Of a stretch of DNA of 64,000 bases, positions 48,584 to 58,723 are shown in pieces. The stretch is from an uncultured Neisseria sp. (lineage in GTDB: Bacteria > Pseudomonadota > Gammaproteobacteria > Burkholderiales > UBA11063). The translations under genes were made by a program, and so were the position numbers. The stretch is from the NCBI GenBank assembly GCA_964462055.1, contig CAYWWJ010000004.1, positions 22,008 to 86,007 on the forward strand, in the 5' to 3' direction. The notes beneath the pieces are model-generated. The model saw nothing but the letters and a program-made list of their open reading frames with translations. It had not been told where the DNA came from and made no database searches. Within the stretch, counting starts at the first letter, position 1. Every line of letters begins with the position of its first letter.

Positions 48584-48618
48584 CGTAAATTTTACACTTA
48601 ATTTAAAAGGTTTTTACA

Positions 48619-49296
48619 TTGAATAAAATTATTGAACAAGTTGTAGAGTACGTTAAACAACATCACGCAGAGGAATATTCTGGACACGATTTTGAACATG
48701 TAAAACGCGTATGGAGCTTAGCCAAGAAAATTGCTGCAAGCGAACAAAATGTTGATCTATTTACAGTTGAATTAGCCGCGTTATTGCATGATGTTGATGA
48801 CTATAAATTAGGACATGTCGGAACACATCACGCGGCCGATTTAATGCGCAAATTAGGCGTTGATGAAAATATACTACAAAATGTTTTGTATATAATTGAT
48901 AGCATTGGTTTTAGCAAATCTGGATACACGCCAAATATAACGAGCATTGAGGCAAAGATCGTCTATGATGCCGATAAATTAGATGGAATTGGTGCTATTG
49001 GTATTGCGCGAGCATTTGCTTATGGCGGCAATAAAAACCGAATAATGTTTAACCCAAATCAATTCCCAACAGAGTTTGATTTGTCGAGTTACAAGCACAA
49101 TTCTCTATTTGGAGGCGATCATAGCGTGAATCATTTTTTCGATAAATTACTAAAACTCTCAAAATTAATGCAAACAAAAATGGGGCGTGAATTAGCGCAA
49201 CAACGACAACAAACTATGCTGATGTTTCTAAAAGATTTCTTTAATGAACAAGAATTATCTGATTGGCAAAATTTATTAAACTCACAGACAGCATAA
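48619..49296 (+). CDS. HD-domain metal-dependent phosphohydrolase
   Basis: 225 aa. H..H..RV then LLHDVDD, then the DADKLD motif. The start is TTG, so the exact start is uncertain. Confidence 0.75.
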   Translation: MNKIIEQVVEYVKQHHAEEYSGHDFEHVKRVWSLAKKIAASEQNVDLFTVELAALLHDVDDYKLGHVGTHHAADLMRKLGVDENILQNVLYIIDSIGFSKSGYTPNITSIEAKIVYDADKLDGIGAIGIARAFAYGGNKNRIMFNPNQFPTEFDLSSYKHNSLFGGDHSVNHFFDKLLKLSKLMQTKMGRELAQQRQQTMLMFLKDFFNEQELSDWQNLLNSQTA

Positions 49297-49367
49297 TTAT
49301 ACACTCAAAGTCTTTGATTCGTTATCAATAAGACAAATTCCAAGATTTAAAGATAAAGAGTCTTGTG

Positions 49368-49385
49368 ATGTTTCACGTGAAACAT
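49368..49385. promoter_or_regulatory. perfect 18-bp palindrome ATGTTTCACGTGAAACAT, 21 nt upstream of the FAH-family gene start
   Basis: Read directly from the sequence. It shares the 16-bp core with 11620-11635. Confidence 0.5.
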
Positions 49386-49406
49386 TATTTATAAGGTTAG
49401 GTTATT

Positions 49407-50033
49407 ATGGACAAAATTATTTGTTTTGGCAAAAATTATACAGAACACATGTATGAATTAGGTGACGCACCAGTTGATCGGCCCGTGATATTCTTAAAAC
49501 CCTCCAGCGTACTCAAACAATGCGCAAATTGGGGTGACAGTGTTAATGCAGTTTTAGTCAACGATTATGAAACGCATTACGAATGTGAGATCGTGATAAA
49601 GCTTGCGCGCGGGGGCTATAATATGACGCAAGATGACGCAATTAAATCAATTGACAGCTACACAATTGGTTTGGATATGACATTGCGTGATTTGCAAGCA
49701 AAATTAAAGGCTGCAGGTCATCCATGGACCATCGGTAAGGTATTTCCTGATGCGGCAATTATTGGACCATGGGTAAATACAAATAATTTAGACTTCTTGG
49801 ACTATAATTTTAGCTTTGTCTTAGATGGTGTTACGAAACAACAAAGCACTGGTAGAAGTATGATATATTCACCGATTGAATTAATAATGCAGGCGAGCAA
49901 TCATTTTCCATTATGCGCGGGAGATATTATTTTCACAGGAACGCCTGTTGGTGTTGGCGCAATTAAGAATGATTCAGTCGCAAAATTAAATATTGACAAA
50001 TATAATTACAACGTAATCTGGAATCAAAAATAA
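49407..50033 (+). CDS. fumarylacetoacetate hydrolase (FAH) family protein (YcgM-like)
   Basis: 208 aa. KIICFGKNY..H, E.E.V, GLDMTLRD, and the GD.IFTGTP.GVG motif. Confidence 0.8.
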   Translation: MDKIICFGKNYTEHMYELGDAPVDRPVIFLKPSSVLKQCANWGDSVNAVLVNDYETHYECEIVIKLARGGYNMTQDDAIKSIDSYTIGLDMTLRDLQAKLKAAGHPWTIGKVFPDAAIIGPWVNTNNLDFLDYNFSFVLDGVTKQQSTGRSMIYSPIELIMQASNHFPLCAGDIIFTGTPVGVGAIKNDSVAKLNIDKYNYNVIWNQK

Positions 50034-50689
50034 ATGACAAAACTATCGTCACAAAATTACATTAAATGCATTAAGAACCTATTTATCTGATACAAACTTT
50101 ATGGCATCAAAGTTGGCAAAATCTCTGCAATTTCTGCTGGAGTATGACCTAAATTAGCTAAGCACAATGATTGATCATAGATAAATACTCATCGCGTTAA
50201 TTACCCAATTGCTCAATGATTGCTTGACTTCCCCAGGTTGGCCAATGGTGCTGTACAAACATATGCGCCATCCTAGTTTTGAAGCTTTCTCTCTATACAG
50301 CGCTTTCTATTGTTTCCTCATCCTTTCGAAGTATTGGATAAGTTAGGTTACTTGGGTATCTCTTTCTAAATATCACCCCCCAAGTTTCTGGGAATATTAT
50401 TGTAACTATCGCGGCGCACTTCGAGTTAAATATATATCAATAACACTTGATAATTAATAAACAGTGAATATCACAATCGATACAATACCATATATTAACT
50501 ATTTTAAAAGTCGATTTATTCGGTGTTTATTAATCTATAATGTACTAATAAGCTGAGTTCATCAATTTGTAAATAATATTATAATTAAGGGATAAATGGG
50601 CGACATGTTCTTAAATTTGGTAAATATTTTTGTTTTAGCTTTGATAAAATGCAGAAGTGATTCATATGTGATGAAATCATAAAATAAAT

Positions 50690-50850
50690 TTGTCACATGT
50701 ATATTTTGTAAAACAGTGTCAGACTTCTATTTTGTGGTTTTACTGGACTGCTTGAGAAAATGGACAGTGCCCATCCGAGATTGGGGAGTGACTTTGAATC
50801 AATTTATAATAAAATTTGATTTAGACATTTTTAAAATCAATAGGAAATAA
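50690..50850 (+). mobile_element. remnant of the 3' end of an IS256-family transposase gene
   Basis: My own translation gives ..CKTVSDFYFVVLLDCLRKWTVPIRDWGVTLNQFIIKFDLDIFKINRK then stop. The KWT.PI.(D/N)W...LNQF.I.F block is the conserved C-terminal tail of IS256-type transposases. There is no upstream ORF. Confidence 0.5.
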
Positions 50851-50856
50851 CAAAAA

Positions 50857-52071
50857 ATGATTTACACAAAACTTCTACAAACCCTAGATAATATGAAAAA
50901 ATTAATTCTTTCTTCTTTTTTAATCTCTGGAGCTGCAATTGGTTCAGGTGTTTTAGCATTGCCGATTATAGCCGCAGGACCTGGGCTAGTTAATACTCTA
51001 ATTTTTATTACTATTACTTTTGTTATATCTTATTGTATTGCCATAATTAGTATTGATGTTTATTCCAGATATGATGATCATAATGTAAATGCCTCAACAG
51101 TCGCTTTTACTTTTTTTGGACGTAACGGTTATTGGTTTTCTAATATTTGCAATCTTTTTGGGATGGGCGCTTGTGTCGCGGCCTATATTAATGTTGGTGG
51201 CGATCTATTTAATAAAATTTTATTGCCATTAATTGGTATAAGTTCTTCAACACAACTTGGGGTTGCGATATTCTGTTTTTTATTCTTGCCTACATTTATT
51301 GTTGGTTTAGGTTTAATAAGTCGATTAAATTTTATTATTTTTTTCATTAAATTTGCGTGTCTTGGTCTAGTAATTATTTTAGGTATGAAGTTTATTGATT
51401 ATAAAATTTTTGAGGTGATACCATCCGCTTATAAATATCTGGGAGCTGGTGCTACTACGATGTTTTGTATTTGGAGTATGCATATGGTACTACCACTAGT
51501 ACTTAAAATAACCGACTGGAATACAAAAAAAGCTAAGCGTGCAGTTCAAATTGGAATGCTACTTCCAATGTTTGTATATGTTGGATGGTTATTTTTAATT
51601 TTTTCATTAGCTAGCCGTAATGATTTTCTTCAAATACACACAGTGAGCGATCTACTACAATTTACCATTCTAAAACCAAGCGTACCAGCTATAATTAGCA
51701 GCATTATCAATGTTTTTGCGAGTATAACTGTTCTAACCGCATTTTTTTCTATTGGATTTTCACTAGTTGCATTCATTATTGATGCACTAAAATGGCACAA
51801 TACAGCAAAAAGTAGACTATACGCAACATTTTTAGGGTTTATTATTCCTATACTTATTGCTGTTTCTTTTCCTAAAGCATTTATTACAATCTATCAGAAC
51901 GCAAATGTATTTATAATTGCAGCAGCATTAATCCCTGTTGCTGCAGCTTACTCTTATAATAAACGTTACAAATTAACTACGACTACTCATTCCATTCTTA
52001 TAACACTTGGCATTTTAATAATTATAGCACAAATTTTAAATGATTTTGAATTTTTACCAATTTTTACCTAA
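50857..52071 (+). CDS. aromatic amino acid permease (HAAAP / Trp-Tyr permease family)
   Basis: 404 aa with about 11 TM segments. The N-terminal SGAAIGSGVLALPI motif is typical of TyrP/Mtr/TnaB-type transporters. Confidence 0.75.
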   Translation: MIYTKLLQTLDNMKKLILSSFLISGAAIGSGVLALPIIAAGPGLVNTLIFITITFVISYCIAIISIDVYSRYDDHNVNASTVAFTFFGRNGYWFSNICNLFGMGACVAAYINVGGDLFNKILLPLIGISSSTQLGVAIFCFLFLPTFIVGLGLISRLNFIIFFIKFACLGLVIILGMKFIDYKIFEVIPSAYKYLGAGATTMFCIWSMHMVLPLVLKITDWNTKKAKRAVQIGMLLPMFVYVGWLFLIFSLASRNDFLQIHTVSDLLQFTILKPSVPAIISSIINVFASITVLTAFFSIGFSLVAFIIDALKWHNTAKSRLYATFLGFIIPILIAVSFPKAFITIYQNANVFIIAAALIPVAAAYSYNKRYKLTTTTHSILITLGILIIIAQILNDFEFLPIFT

Positions 52072-52174
52072 TGTTGCAAAGAACTATTTCTATCAATACA
52101 GCTGCGTAAAATAACTTTTACTGTTTCACACCAAGCCATAAATCCCTAAGTTTTATTCTTTCAATTTCCTAGTT

Positions 52175-53491
52175 TTATATAACTATTTTGGCGATTAAAT
52201 CATAATCTTTGTTGCTAATTATTTCTGCATTGACAACATCTCCAACATTCACATGATCATAGCTACCGTTATTTTTAATATATACTAATCCATCAATATC
52301 TGGAGCGTCGTATTTGGTTCTACCAATTAAAAATTTGCGGTTTATTTCATCAATAACTACTGACATAGTTTTGCCAATTTTTTGCTGTAATTTTGCTTGG
52401 CTAATTGCTTGCTGATGTTGCATAAATCTATGGAATCGCTCTTCTTTTACCGCTTCAGAAACATGATCTGGCAAGTCATTTGAATGTGCTCCATCCACTT
52501 CTGAGTATTTAAAACAACCAACCTTTTCAAGTTGTGCTACACTTAAAAAATCTAACAAAATTTGGAAATCTTCTTCAGTTTCACCAGGGAATCCAACAAT
52601 AAATGTACTACGAATCGCCAGATCTGGACAAATTTCACGCCATTTTTGTATGCGTAAAAGAACATTTTCAACATTGCCAGGACGTTTCATTGCTTTAAGT
52701 ATGCGTGGACTTGCATGCTGGAATGGAATATCCAAATATGGGAGTATTTTACCTTTGGCCATAAGTGGAATAATATCATCAACATGTGGATAAGGATATA
52801 CATAATGCAACCGCACCCAAACTCCCATTTTACCCAGTTCTTGGCATAAATCAAGCATTTTCGTTTTAACTGGTTTGCCATTAAAAAACCCAGTGCGATA
52901 TTTTATATCAACGCCATAAGCGCTAGTATCTTGCGAAATAATTAGCAACTCTTTGCAACCAGCCTCGACTAATTTTTGGGCTTGGTTAAGCACATCACCA
53001 ATAGGATATGAATCTAATTTACCACGCAGATGTGGAATTATACAAAATGTACATGAATTATTGCAACCTTCGGCAATTTTCAAATACGCATAATGTTTCG
53101 GCGTGAGCTTCACTCCTTGTTTTGGCACCAAATCAATAAATGGATCATGTGGTTTTTCAACTGTTTGATGTACCAAATCCATTACTTCTTGTGTTGCATG
53201 TGGGCCTGTTATGCCCAATACATTCGGGTATTTACTTTGCACAATACCATCTTTAGCCCCCAGACATCCAGTTACTATTACCTTACCATTCTCATTTAAT
53301 GCTTCACCAATTGCACCAAGAGATTCTTCGATCGCTGAATCAATAAATCCACAAGTATTTACAATTACTACATCAGCAGATTCGTAACTATTAACCACAT
53401 CATAACCTTCGGCTTTTAATTGCGTTAATATATTTTCCGAATCAACAAGTGCTTTAGGACATCCTAATGAAATGAAACCAACTTTTGCCAT
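52175..53491 (-). CDS. rimO: ribosomal protein S12 methylthiotransferase
   Basis: 438 aa. An N-terminal UPF0004 domain ([12 protein letters not shown]), a radical-SAM CNNSCTFC motif and a C-terminal TRAM domain. Confidence 0.9.
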   Translation of the reverse strand: MAKVGFISLGCPKALVDSENILTQLKAEGYDVVNSYESADVVIVNTCGFIDSAIEESLGAIGEALNENGKVIVTGCLGAKDGIVQSKYPNVLGITGPHATQEVMDLVHQTVEKPHDPFIDLVPKQGVKLTPKHYAYLKIAEGCNNSCTFCIIPHLRGKLDSYPIGDVLNQAQKLVEAGCKELLIISQDTSAYGVDIKYRTGFFNGKPVKTKMLDLCQELGKMGVWVRLHYVYPYPHVDDIIPLMAKGKILPYLDIPFQHASPRILKAMKRPGNVENVLLRIQKWREICPDLAIRSTFIVGFPGETEEDFQILLDFLSVAQLEKVGCFKYSEVDGAHSNDLPDHVSEAVKEERFHRFMQHQQAISQAKLQQKIGKTMSVVIDEINRKFLIGRTKYDAPDIDGLVYIKNNGSYDHVNVGDVVNAEIISNKDYDLIAKIVI

Positions 53492-53493
53492 GT

Positions 53494-54054
53494 TTATTTA
53501 TCGCCTTTTTGTATAAATGGAAACTGAATGTAATTAAACATTTGCTCAGTTTGTTTTTGAATTTGCTCTTGCATTTGCAAGAAATTATTTGTATTGCTTT
53601 GTACATAAGTACGAATATTTTCTTGAATTAATGGCCCTTGTTGTTCCATAAATTCTTTCCACAACCCAGTTCCAAGTTGAGTTTTTTCTTTACCATACGT
53701 ATCTTTTACTTGAGTATAGAAGTTCTTTTGCATTTTATGAAATAAATTAATTCCCTGCTCCAAAAATGGACTAACCGCTGGCTGAAAAGACTTACCATAA
53801 AAACGAATAATTTGGAATAAAAATTCATTTGAAAGCATTGCATCTTTATTATTCTCTTCATCCATGATAATTTGCAGTAATACATTTCGCGTTATATCCT
53901 CTTCCGTTTTAATATCAACGACTTTCACTGGTTCACCAGCTAAAATAAGCTGTTTTATGTCATCTAGTGCCATGTATGTGCTAGTTGCTACATCATACAT
54001 CCGTCGATTTGCGTATTTTCTTATTATTCGTGTGGATAATTTTTTCTTTTTCAT
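53494..54054 (-). CDS. phaR: polyhydroxyalkanoate synthesis repressor PhaR
   Basis: 186 aa. [27 protein letters not shown] is the PHB_acc_N/PhaR DNA-binding signature. Confidence 0.85.
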   Translation of the reverse strand: MKKKKLSTRIIRKYANRRMYDVATSTYMALDDIKQLILAGEPVKVVDIKTEEDITRNVLLQIIMDEENNKDAMLSNEFLFQIIRFYGKSFQPAVSPFLEQGINLFHKMQKNFYTQVKDTYGKEKTQLGTGLWKEFMEQQGPLIQENIRTYVQSNTNNFLQMQEQIQKQTEQMFNYIQFPFIQKGDK

Positions 54055-54335
54055 TATTTATTAGCTCTTTCCAAACGTCTTTGATTTGGGGTTTTTGATA
54101 ATGGTCGATAAATTTCAATTCGATCTGCTTCACGCAAAATGTAGCTATTCTCAACCTTCTTACCAAATATTCCAAACGGCATATTTAACATGTCAAAATT
54201 AGGAAACTCAACTGCTATACCAGACAAGGTAATTGCATTCACAATTGTGCTATTTATTGGCACAGCAATGCGAATAATTACTTGCTTCTCATTAGTTGCA
54301 AATGCAACCTCTACATTAATCATGCTATTTACCAT
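54054..54335 (-). CDS. rnfH: RnfH family ubiquitin-like protein (UPF0125)
   Basis: 93 aa. V.V.FA........I.V. ..GIFGK......L.E.DRIEIYRPL. Confidence 0.8.
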   Translation of the reverse strand: MVNSMINVEVAFATNEKQVIIRIAVPINSTIVNAITLSGIAVEFPNFDMLNMPFGIFGKKVENSYILREADRIEIYRPLSKTPNQRRLERANK

Positions 54336-54753
54336 ATTGTTTTTTAGCTTGTTTCACAAAACAATCAACTATATTTTTACTCACATACTCAAAAACTGGA
54401 CCAATCAATTTTTCTAACACAATATTGGAAAATTTATATTGCAAACTAAAATCAATCTTACAACCATCATCCCCAAGAGGAGTAAATAACCATGTACCAA
54501 CAAGCTCTTTAAATGGACCATCAACTAAATACATATTAATACTTTTATTTAACATATACACATTTTGCGTGGTGAAATGAGTTTTAATTTTTAGATATTC
54601 AATATACACACTCGCCACAACATTCGTTTCTGTTTGGTCTTTGATAACGGTTTTAGGGCACCACGGTAAATAATCTGGATAATGCGCAATATTACTGACC
54701 AACGAATACATTTGCGCAGGAGTATATGGGACAATAATGCTTTTTGTAACCAT
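54325..54753 (-). CDS. ratA: SRPBCC/START-fold protein (RatA/PasT, Coq10-like)
   Basis: About 142 aa from MVTKSIIVPYTPAQMYSLVSNI..YP.YLPWC. The track start at 54780 would overlap ubiG, so the internal ATG 54753 is more likely. Confidence 0.8.
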   Translation of the reverse strand: MVTKSIIVPYTPAQMYSLVSNIAHYPDYLPWCPKTVIKDQTETNVVASVYIEYLKIKTHFTTQNVYMLNKSINMYLVDGPFKELVGTWLFTPLGDDGCKIDFSLQYKFSNIVLEKLIGPVFEYVSKNIVDCFVKQAKKQYGK

Positions 54754-54757
54754 AGCC

Positions 54758-55471
54758 TTAAATCTTCCGATAAGCCACAAGATAGTTGATTTCTGTATTG
54801 TCGCTCAAACCATAATAATGCGAAAATGGATTATAGCGGATCCCATTAATACCAAGCAAACTAAGCCCGTGCTTTACCGCTAATTGATTAAGCTCAGCTG
54901 GTTTAATAAATTTCTGATACTCGTGTGTTCCTTTAGGAATAATTTTTAACAAATATTCTGCGGCTAATACTCCGAATAAATAGCTTTTTGGTGTACGATT
55001 CAGCGTAGAAAAAAATGCAATTCCGCCTGATTTTAATAGTTTTGCACACTGCTGAATTATGTATTCAGGATTAGGCACATGTTCTAACATTTCCATACAA
55101 GCAAGTAAGTCAAATTCACCAGACATCTGTTCCGCTTTTACGCCAAGTTCTACGCATTCATAATTCACCGTAAGCAAGCTCTCATAAAGATGAAGTTTTG
55201 CAACTTCAATCGATTGCGGGGCAAGATCAATCCCCGTTGTATTAGCGCCAGAGGCAGCAATTGCTTCAGTTAAAATCCCGCCACCACAGCCAACATCTAT
55301 AGCATTTATTGAGTTGTCTAACGTAATATATTTATTGATAAACTCCATCCGCACTGGATTAATATGATGCAAAGTCTTAAATTTACCGTCAATATTCCAC
55401 CATTCATGCGCAAGATTATTGAATTTATCAACTTCACCTTGATCATGCATTGCCACATTTACCACACTCAT
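54758..55471 (-). CDS. ubiG: bifunctional 3-demethylubiquinol / 2-polyprenyl-6-hydroxyphenol O-methyltransferase
   Basis: 237 aa. FNNLAHEWWN..G.FK.LH..NP.R and the SAM motif IDVGCGGGILTE. Confidence 0.9.
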   Translation of the reverse strand: MSVVNVAMHDQGEVDKFNNLAHEWWNIDGKFKTLHHINPVRMEFINKYITLDNSINAIDVGCGGGILTEAIAASGANTTGIDLAPQSIEVAKLHLYESLLTVNYECVELGVKAEQMSGEFDLLACMEMLEHVPNPEYIIQQCAKLLKSGGIAFFSTLNRTPKSYLFGVLAAEYLLKIIPKGTHEYQKFIKPAELNQLAVKHGLSLLGINGIRYNPFSHYYGLSDNTEINYLVAYRKI

Positions 55472-56166
55472 TATATTTCTTCTTTGTTGGCATTATTTGA
55501 CGATAATCGACGATTAATTAGATTTAAAAAATCATCGCCAAATTTATTCATACTATTGGTTAAATGATTAACATCAGCCGAAAATTTATTGTAAAAAATA
55601 TAAGCAGGAATCGCAACAAATAAACCAACCGCTGTTGCAATAAGTGCCTCAGCTATACCTGGCGCAACCGTTGCTAGAGTTGCCTGACCAGTGTTACCAA
55701 GCCCGATAAATGCATGCATAATTCCCCACACGGTTCCAAGTAAGCCAATATACGGACTCACCGAACCAAATGTTGCCAAAAGAGACAAACTATCTTCATA
55801 GTTATCTATTTCCGCATCCATACTTGAGGCAAGAGTTCGCTCCAAATTTTCAATGATAATTTCTTTTTGATTAATACCTTGTTTTGTCATTTTATTATAT
55901 TCATTTATACCATTAAAAAATAATGCACCAACCGCTATTTGATTGCTTTTCCCACTAAGCGCCGTATATAAACTAGCAATTGACGTACTACTCTTATACT
56001 GGCGCATAAATTCTTTAGTTTCACGTTTAGCTTTGGCTAAACTTGTCCATTTACTAAAAATAATCGCCCACGATATAACCGAGAACACCGCCAATAAAAT
56101 TAAAATCAATTGCGCAAAAAATGTGGCATTTGTCACCAATGATATGAAAGAAATTTCCTGTCCCAT
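55471..56166 (-). CDS. tolQ: MotA/TolQ/ExbB proton-channel protein, TolQ-like
   Basis: 231 aa with 3 TM segments. SPYIGLLGTVWGIM and APGIAEALIATAVGLFVAIPA. No tolR/exbD gene follows it. Confidence 0.7.
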   Translation of the reverse strand: MGQEISFISLVTNATFFAQLILILLAVFSVISWAIIFSKWTSLAKAKRETKEFMRQYKSSTSIASLYTALSGKSNQIAVGALFFNGINEYNKMTKQGINQKEIIIENLERTLASSMDAEIDNYEDSLSLLATFGSVSPYIGLLGTVWGIMHAFIGLGNTGQATLATVAPGIAEALIATAVGLFVAIPAYIFYNKFSADVNHLTNSMNKFGDDFLNLINRRLSSNNANKEEI

Positions 56167-56203
56167 TACTTTATCTCCTTTTTAATCTTTTATTCGAATC
56201 ATC

Positions 56204-56402
56204 TTTTTAGTTTAGATATAAATAATTACTCATTTTGTAGTGAATGATGAAGAAATATAGAGTTTGTTAATGAAGAAAGCGTAATTTGGCAAACTGTTTG
56301 AGCGTAGCGAGTTTTTGCCAAATAGCTTCCGAATTAATATAAACTCATATTTCGTAATCTTTGAACGTAAAAATTAGTAATTATTTATATCTAAACTAAA
56401 AA
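56204..56402. mobile_element. family-A core carried between different palindromic arms (variant copy)
   Basis: The same core as at 10.5/48.3 kb sits between the arms TTTTTAGTTTAGATATAAATAATTACT and AGTAATTATTTATATCTAAACTAAAAA. The GTCCTCAC termini are absent. Confidence 0.8.
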
Positions 56403-56421
56403 TGTAATAATCAAGAACATT

Positions 56422-57687
56422 TTAAAACCCAGTCTTATTACCAATATCTGTGCGGTATTGCATTCCAGTAAATTTAATTTTATTTACTGCCTGATATACA
56501 TTTTTCTGTGCGTCTTTAATACTGTGCCCACGAGCAACAACACATAAAGCTCTGCCACCACTTGTGAGTAATTCATCATTGCAAATACGAGTCCCAGAAT
56601 GAAATACTTTTACCTGCTCATTTAAGCTATCCAAACCAGTTATTACATTGCCAATTTGTGGTTTTTCTGGATATCCAGCAGTAGCTAGAACCACACCAAC
56701 GGCAAAATCATCACTCCATTTTGCAACAACTTTATCTAAGCGCTTTTCTATTCCAGCTTTAATCAAATCAGCAAAATCACTTTCTAAACGCATCATAATC
56801 GGCTGCGTTTCTGGGTCGCCAAAACGACAATTAAACTCCAACGTATTGATTATACCATCAGCTGAAATCATAAGCCCTGCGTACAAAAATCCAGTATATT
56901 CATGACCATCAGCCTTCATTCCGTCGATCACTGGCTGAATTATTTTTTGCAACACATATTCATGCACACAATTATCCACAATTGGTGCTGGAGAATAAGC
57001 CCCCATGCCACCAGTATTTGACCCACGATCATTATCTAACAAGCGCTTGTGATCTTGTGAACTAGCCATTGCCAAAACATTATCACCATCGATCATTACA
57101 ATAAAACTAGCCTCAACACCATCTAAAAACTCTTCAATAACAACTTTACTACCTGCATCACCAAATTTTTGTTCAGTGAAAATTGCATCAATAAATTGAA
57201 AGGCTTCATCTTGAGTTGTGGCAACCAACACACCTTTTCCAGCGGCTAATCCGTCCGCCTTTATCACTATTGGTAAACCATGTTGTGCCACATAATTCTT
57301 TGCCGTAATTGAATTATCAAATGTTTGATATTTGGCTGTTGGAATATTATACCGCTGCATAAATTGTTTTGCAAAATCTTTTGAACTTTCTAATTGCGCA
57401 CAATATTGTGTTGGACCCCAAATTTTTAAACCATGACCACGAAATTTATCTACAATTCCTAATGCCAAAGGCGCTTCAGGTCCTACAACAGTAAAATCAA
57501 TTCGCCGACTTATCGCAAAATTACACAATTCATCTAAATTAATTATCGCTACATTTTCTAATTTAGGCTCCATTTGGGTGCCTGAATTACCTGGTGCAAC
57601 AAATACTTTACTAACCATGTTTGACTGAGCCAATCTCCATGCCAAAGCATGCTCGCGACCACCACCACCTACTACGAGAATTTGCAT
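56422..57687 (-). CDS. purD: phosphoribosylamine--glycine ligase
   Basis: MQILVVGGGGREHALAW..., ATP-grasp motifs, and the C-terminal GGRAL.V. ATG 57687 is preferred over the track start 57699. Confidence 0.95.
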   Translation of the reverse strand: MQILVVGGGGREHALAWRLAQSNMVSKVFVAPGNSGTQMEPKLENVAIINLDELCNFAISRRIDFTVVGPEAPLALGIVDKFRGHGLKIWGPTQYCAQLESSKDFAKQFMQRYNIPTAKYQTFDNSITAKNYVAQHGLPIVIKADGLAAGKGVLVATTQDEAFQFIDAIFTEQKFGDAGSKVVIEEFLDGVEASFIVMIDGDNVLAMASSQDHKRLLDNDRGSNTGGMGAYSPAPIVDNCVHEYVLQKIIQPVIDGMKADGHEYTGFLYAGLMISADGIINTLEFNCRFGDPETQPIMMRLESDFADLIKAGIEKRLDKVVAKWSDDFAVGVVLATAGYPEKPQIGNVITGLDSLNEQVKVFHSGTRICNDELLTSGGRALCVVARGHSIKDAQKNVYQAVNKIKFTGMQYRTDIGNKTGF

Positions 57688-57738
57688 GTAAAACACCAAT
57701 CAATATTACCTTTAATGTGCATTATTTTACCATAGATA

Positions 57739-57817
57739 ACCACAGTCCTCACTTTTTATTGAATGTTTAAATTTATATGATAAATTATAATTTATCTAAT
57801 AAAAGTAAATTAAGAAT
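57739..57817. repeat. family-A MITE, minimal form (terminus plus arms only)
   Basis: ACCACAGTCCTCACTTTTTATTGAATGTTTAAATTTATATGATAAATTATAATTTATCTAATAAAAGTAAATTAAGAAT. The two arms are joined directly and the far terminus is degenerate. Confidence 0.6.
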
Positions 57818-57859
57818 AAATTTTTGCATGAAATATAATATTTTACTGTATAATATTCC

Positions 57860-57967
57860 TATACTCAAACAATTTCATCATACTTGAATTCTACTACGCT
57901 CCTAACATATTATTAATAGGTGTCGTCGCTTGTATAATCAAATTATTTTGAACTAGTTTGAGTATAG
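57860..57967. mobile_element. family-B MITE-like repeat, copy 2 (inverted), upstream of ssb
   Basis: Its reverse complement aligns with 32781-32888 (..CAAGCGACGACACCTATTAATAATA(G/T)GTTAGGAGCG(C/T)AGTAGAATTCAAGTATGA..). Confidence 0.8.
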
Positions 57968-58002
57968 AAAACATTTATTTTAAATTTTGTTAAGGAATAT
58001 TA

Positions 58003-58455
58003 ATGAAAAAAATCATTATCACTGGTAATGTAGGACGTGATGCTGAGTCAAGAGCTGATCAATCAGGTAATAATTTTACATCATTCTCGGTAGCGGTATC
58101 AGTTGGAACAAAATCCAACCCGAAGACTGACTGGGTTGATGTAAGCTGTAACGGTAAATTAGCCGAAATTGCGGCTTTATATGTAAAAAAAGGTACTAAG
58201 GTATTAATCGAAGGGTTTCCAACGGTAAATTCTTATATGACTAAGGACGGCAAACCTGCAGCAACATTGCGCGTATTTGCAAACAATTTAGAACTACTAA
58301 GCCGCAGAGAAGATGAACAATCTGACTATAATTCTGGCAACACACAAGCCAATTATACACCAGCTGGTGGCGACTCCATGTACGAAACATTGCCACCACT
58401 GAACTTAGCTAGTGATGGTGCTCCAATGTTAAAGTCTGATGATATTCCATTCTAA
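58003..58455 (+). CDS. ssb: single-stranded DNA-binding protein
   Basis: 150 aa. OB-fold N-terminus (IIITGNVGRDAE...F.VAV), a Gly/Asn/Gln-rich linker and the acidic tip DDIPF. Confidence 0.9.
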   Translation: MKKIIITGNVGRDAESRADQSGNNFTSFSVAVSVGTKSNPKTDWVDVSCNGKLAEIAALYVKKGTKVLIEGFPTVNSYMTKDGKPAATLRVFANNLELLSRREDEQSDYNSGNTQANYTPAGGDSMYETLPPLNLASDGAPMLKSDDIPF

Positions 58456-58723
58456 ACTCAATTACTAATAGCTAATTTATAAAGCTTTAGACTTTGTTGC
58501 ATTAATAAAAATCTTCTAATGTAGTATAATTACATTGATTTTTTATTAATGCCTCCTCATAAATTCATTCACTTCAAGTATCAATAAATCCACCTAACAC
58601 AAATTCAAAATTTTTCATATCACACAAAAATGTTATAGACACCTACACATTATATATGTAATAATCCGCACTTATACTAATCTAATCATACAGCAAAATA
58701 ATGCAATTCAAAAGGTTTTTATT

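Noticed and set aside
58499-58552. Inverted repeat GCATTAATAAAAATC ... GATTTTTTATTAATGC after ssb as a terminator
   Set aside because: The stem is almost pure A/T, with a bulge and a 23-nt loop, and there is no clear U-tract. I could not support it either as an intrinsic terminator or as a member of the repeat families.
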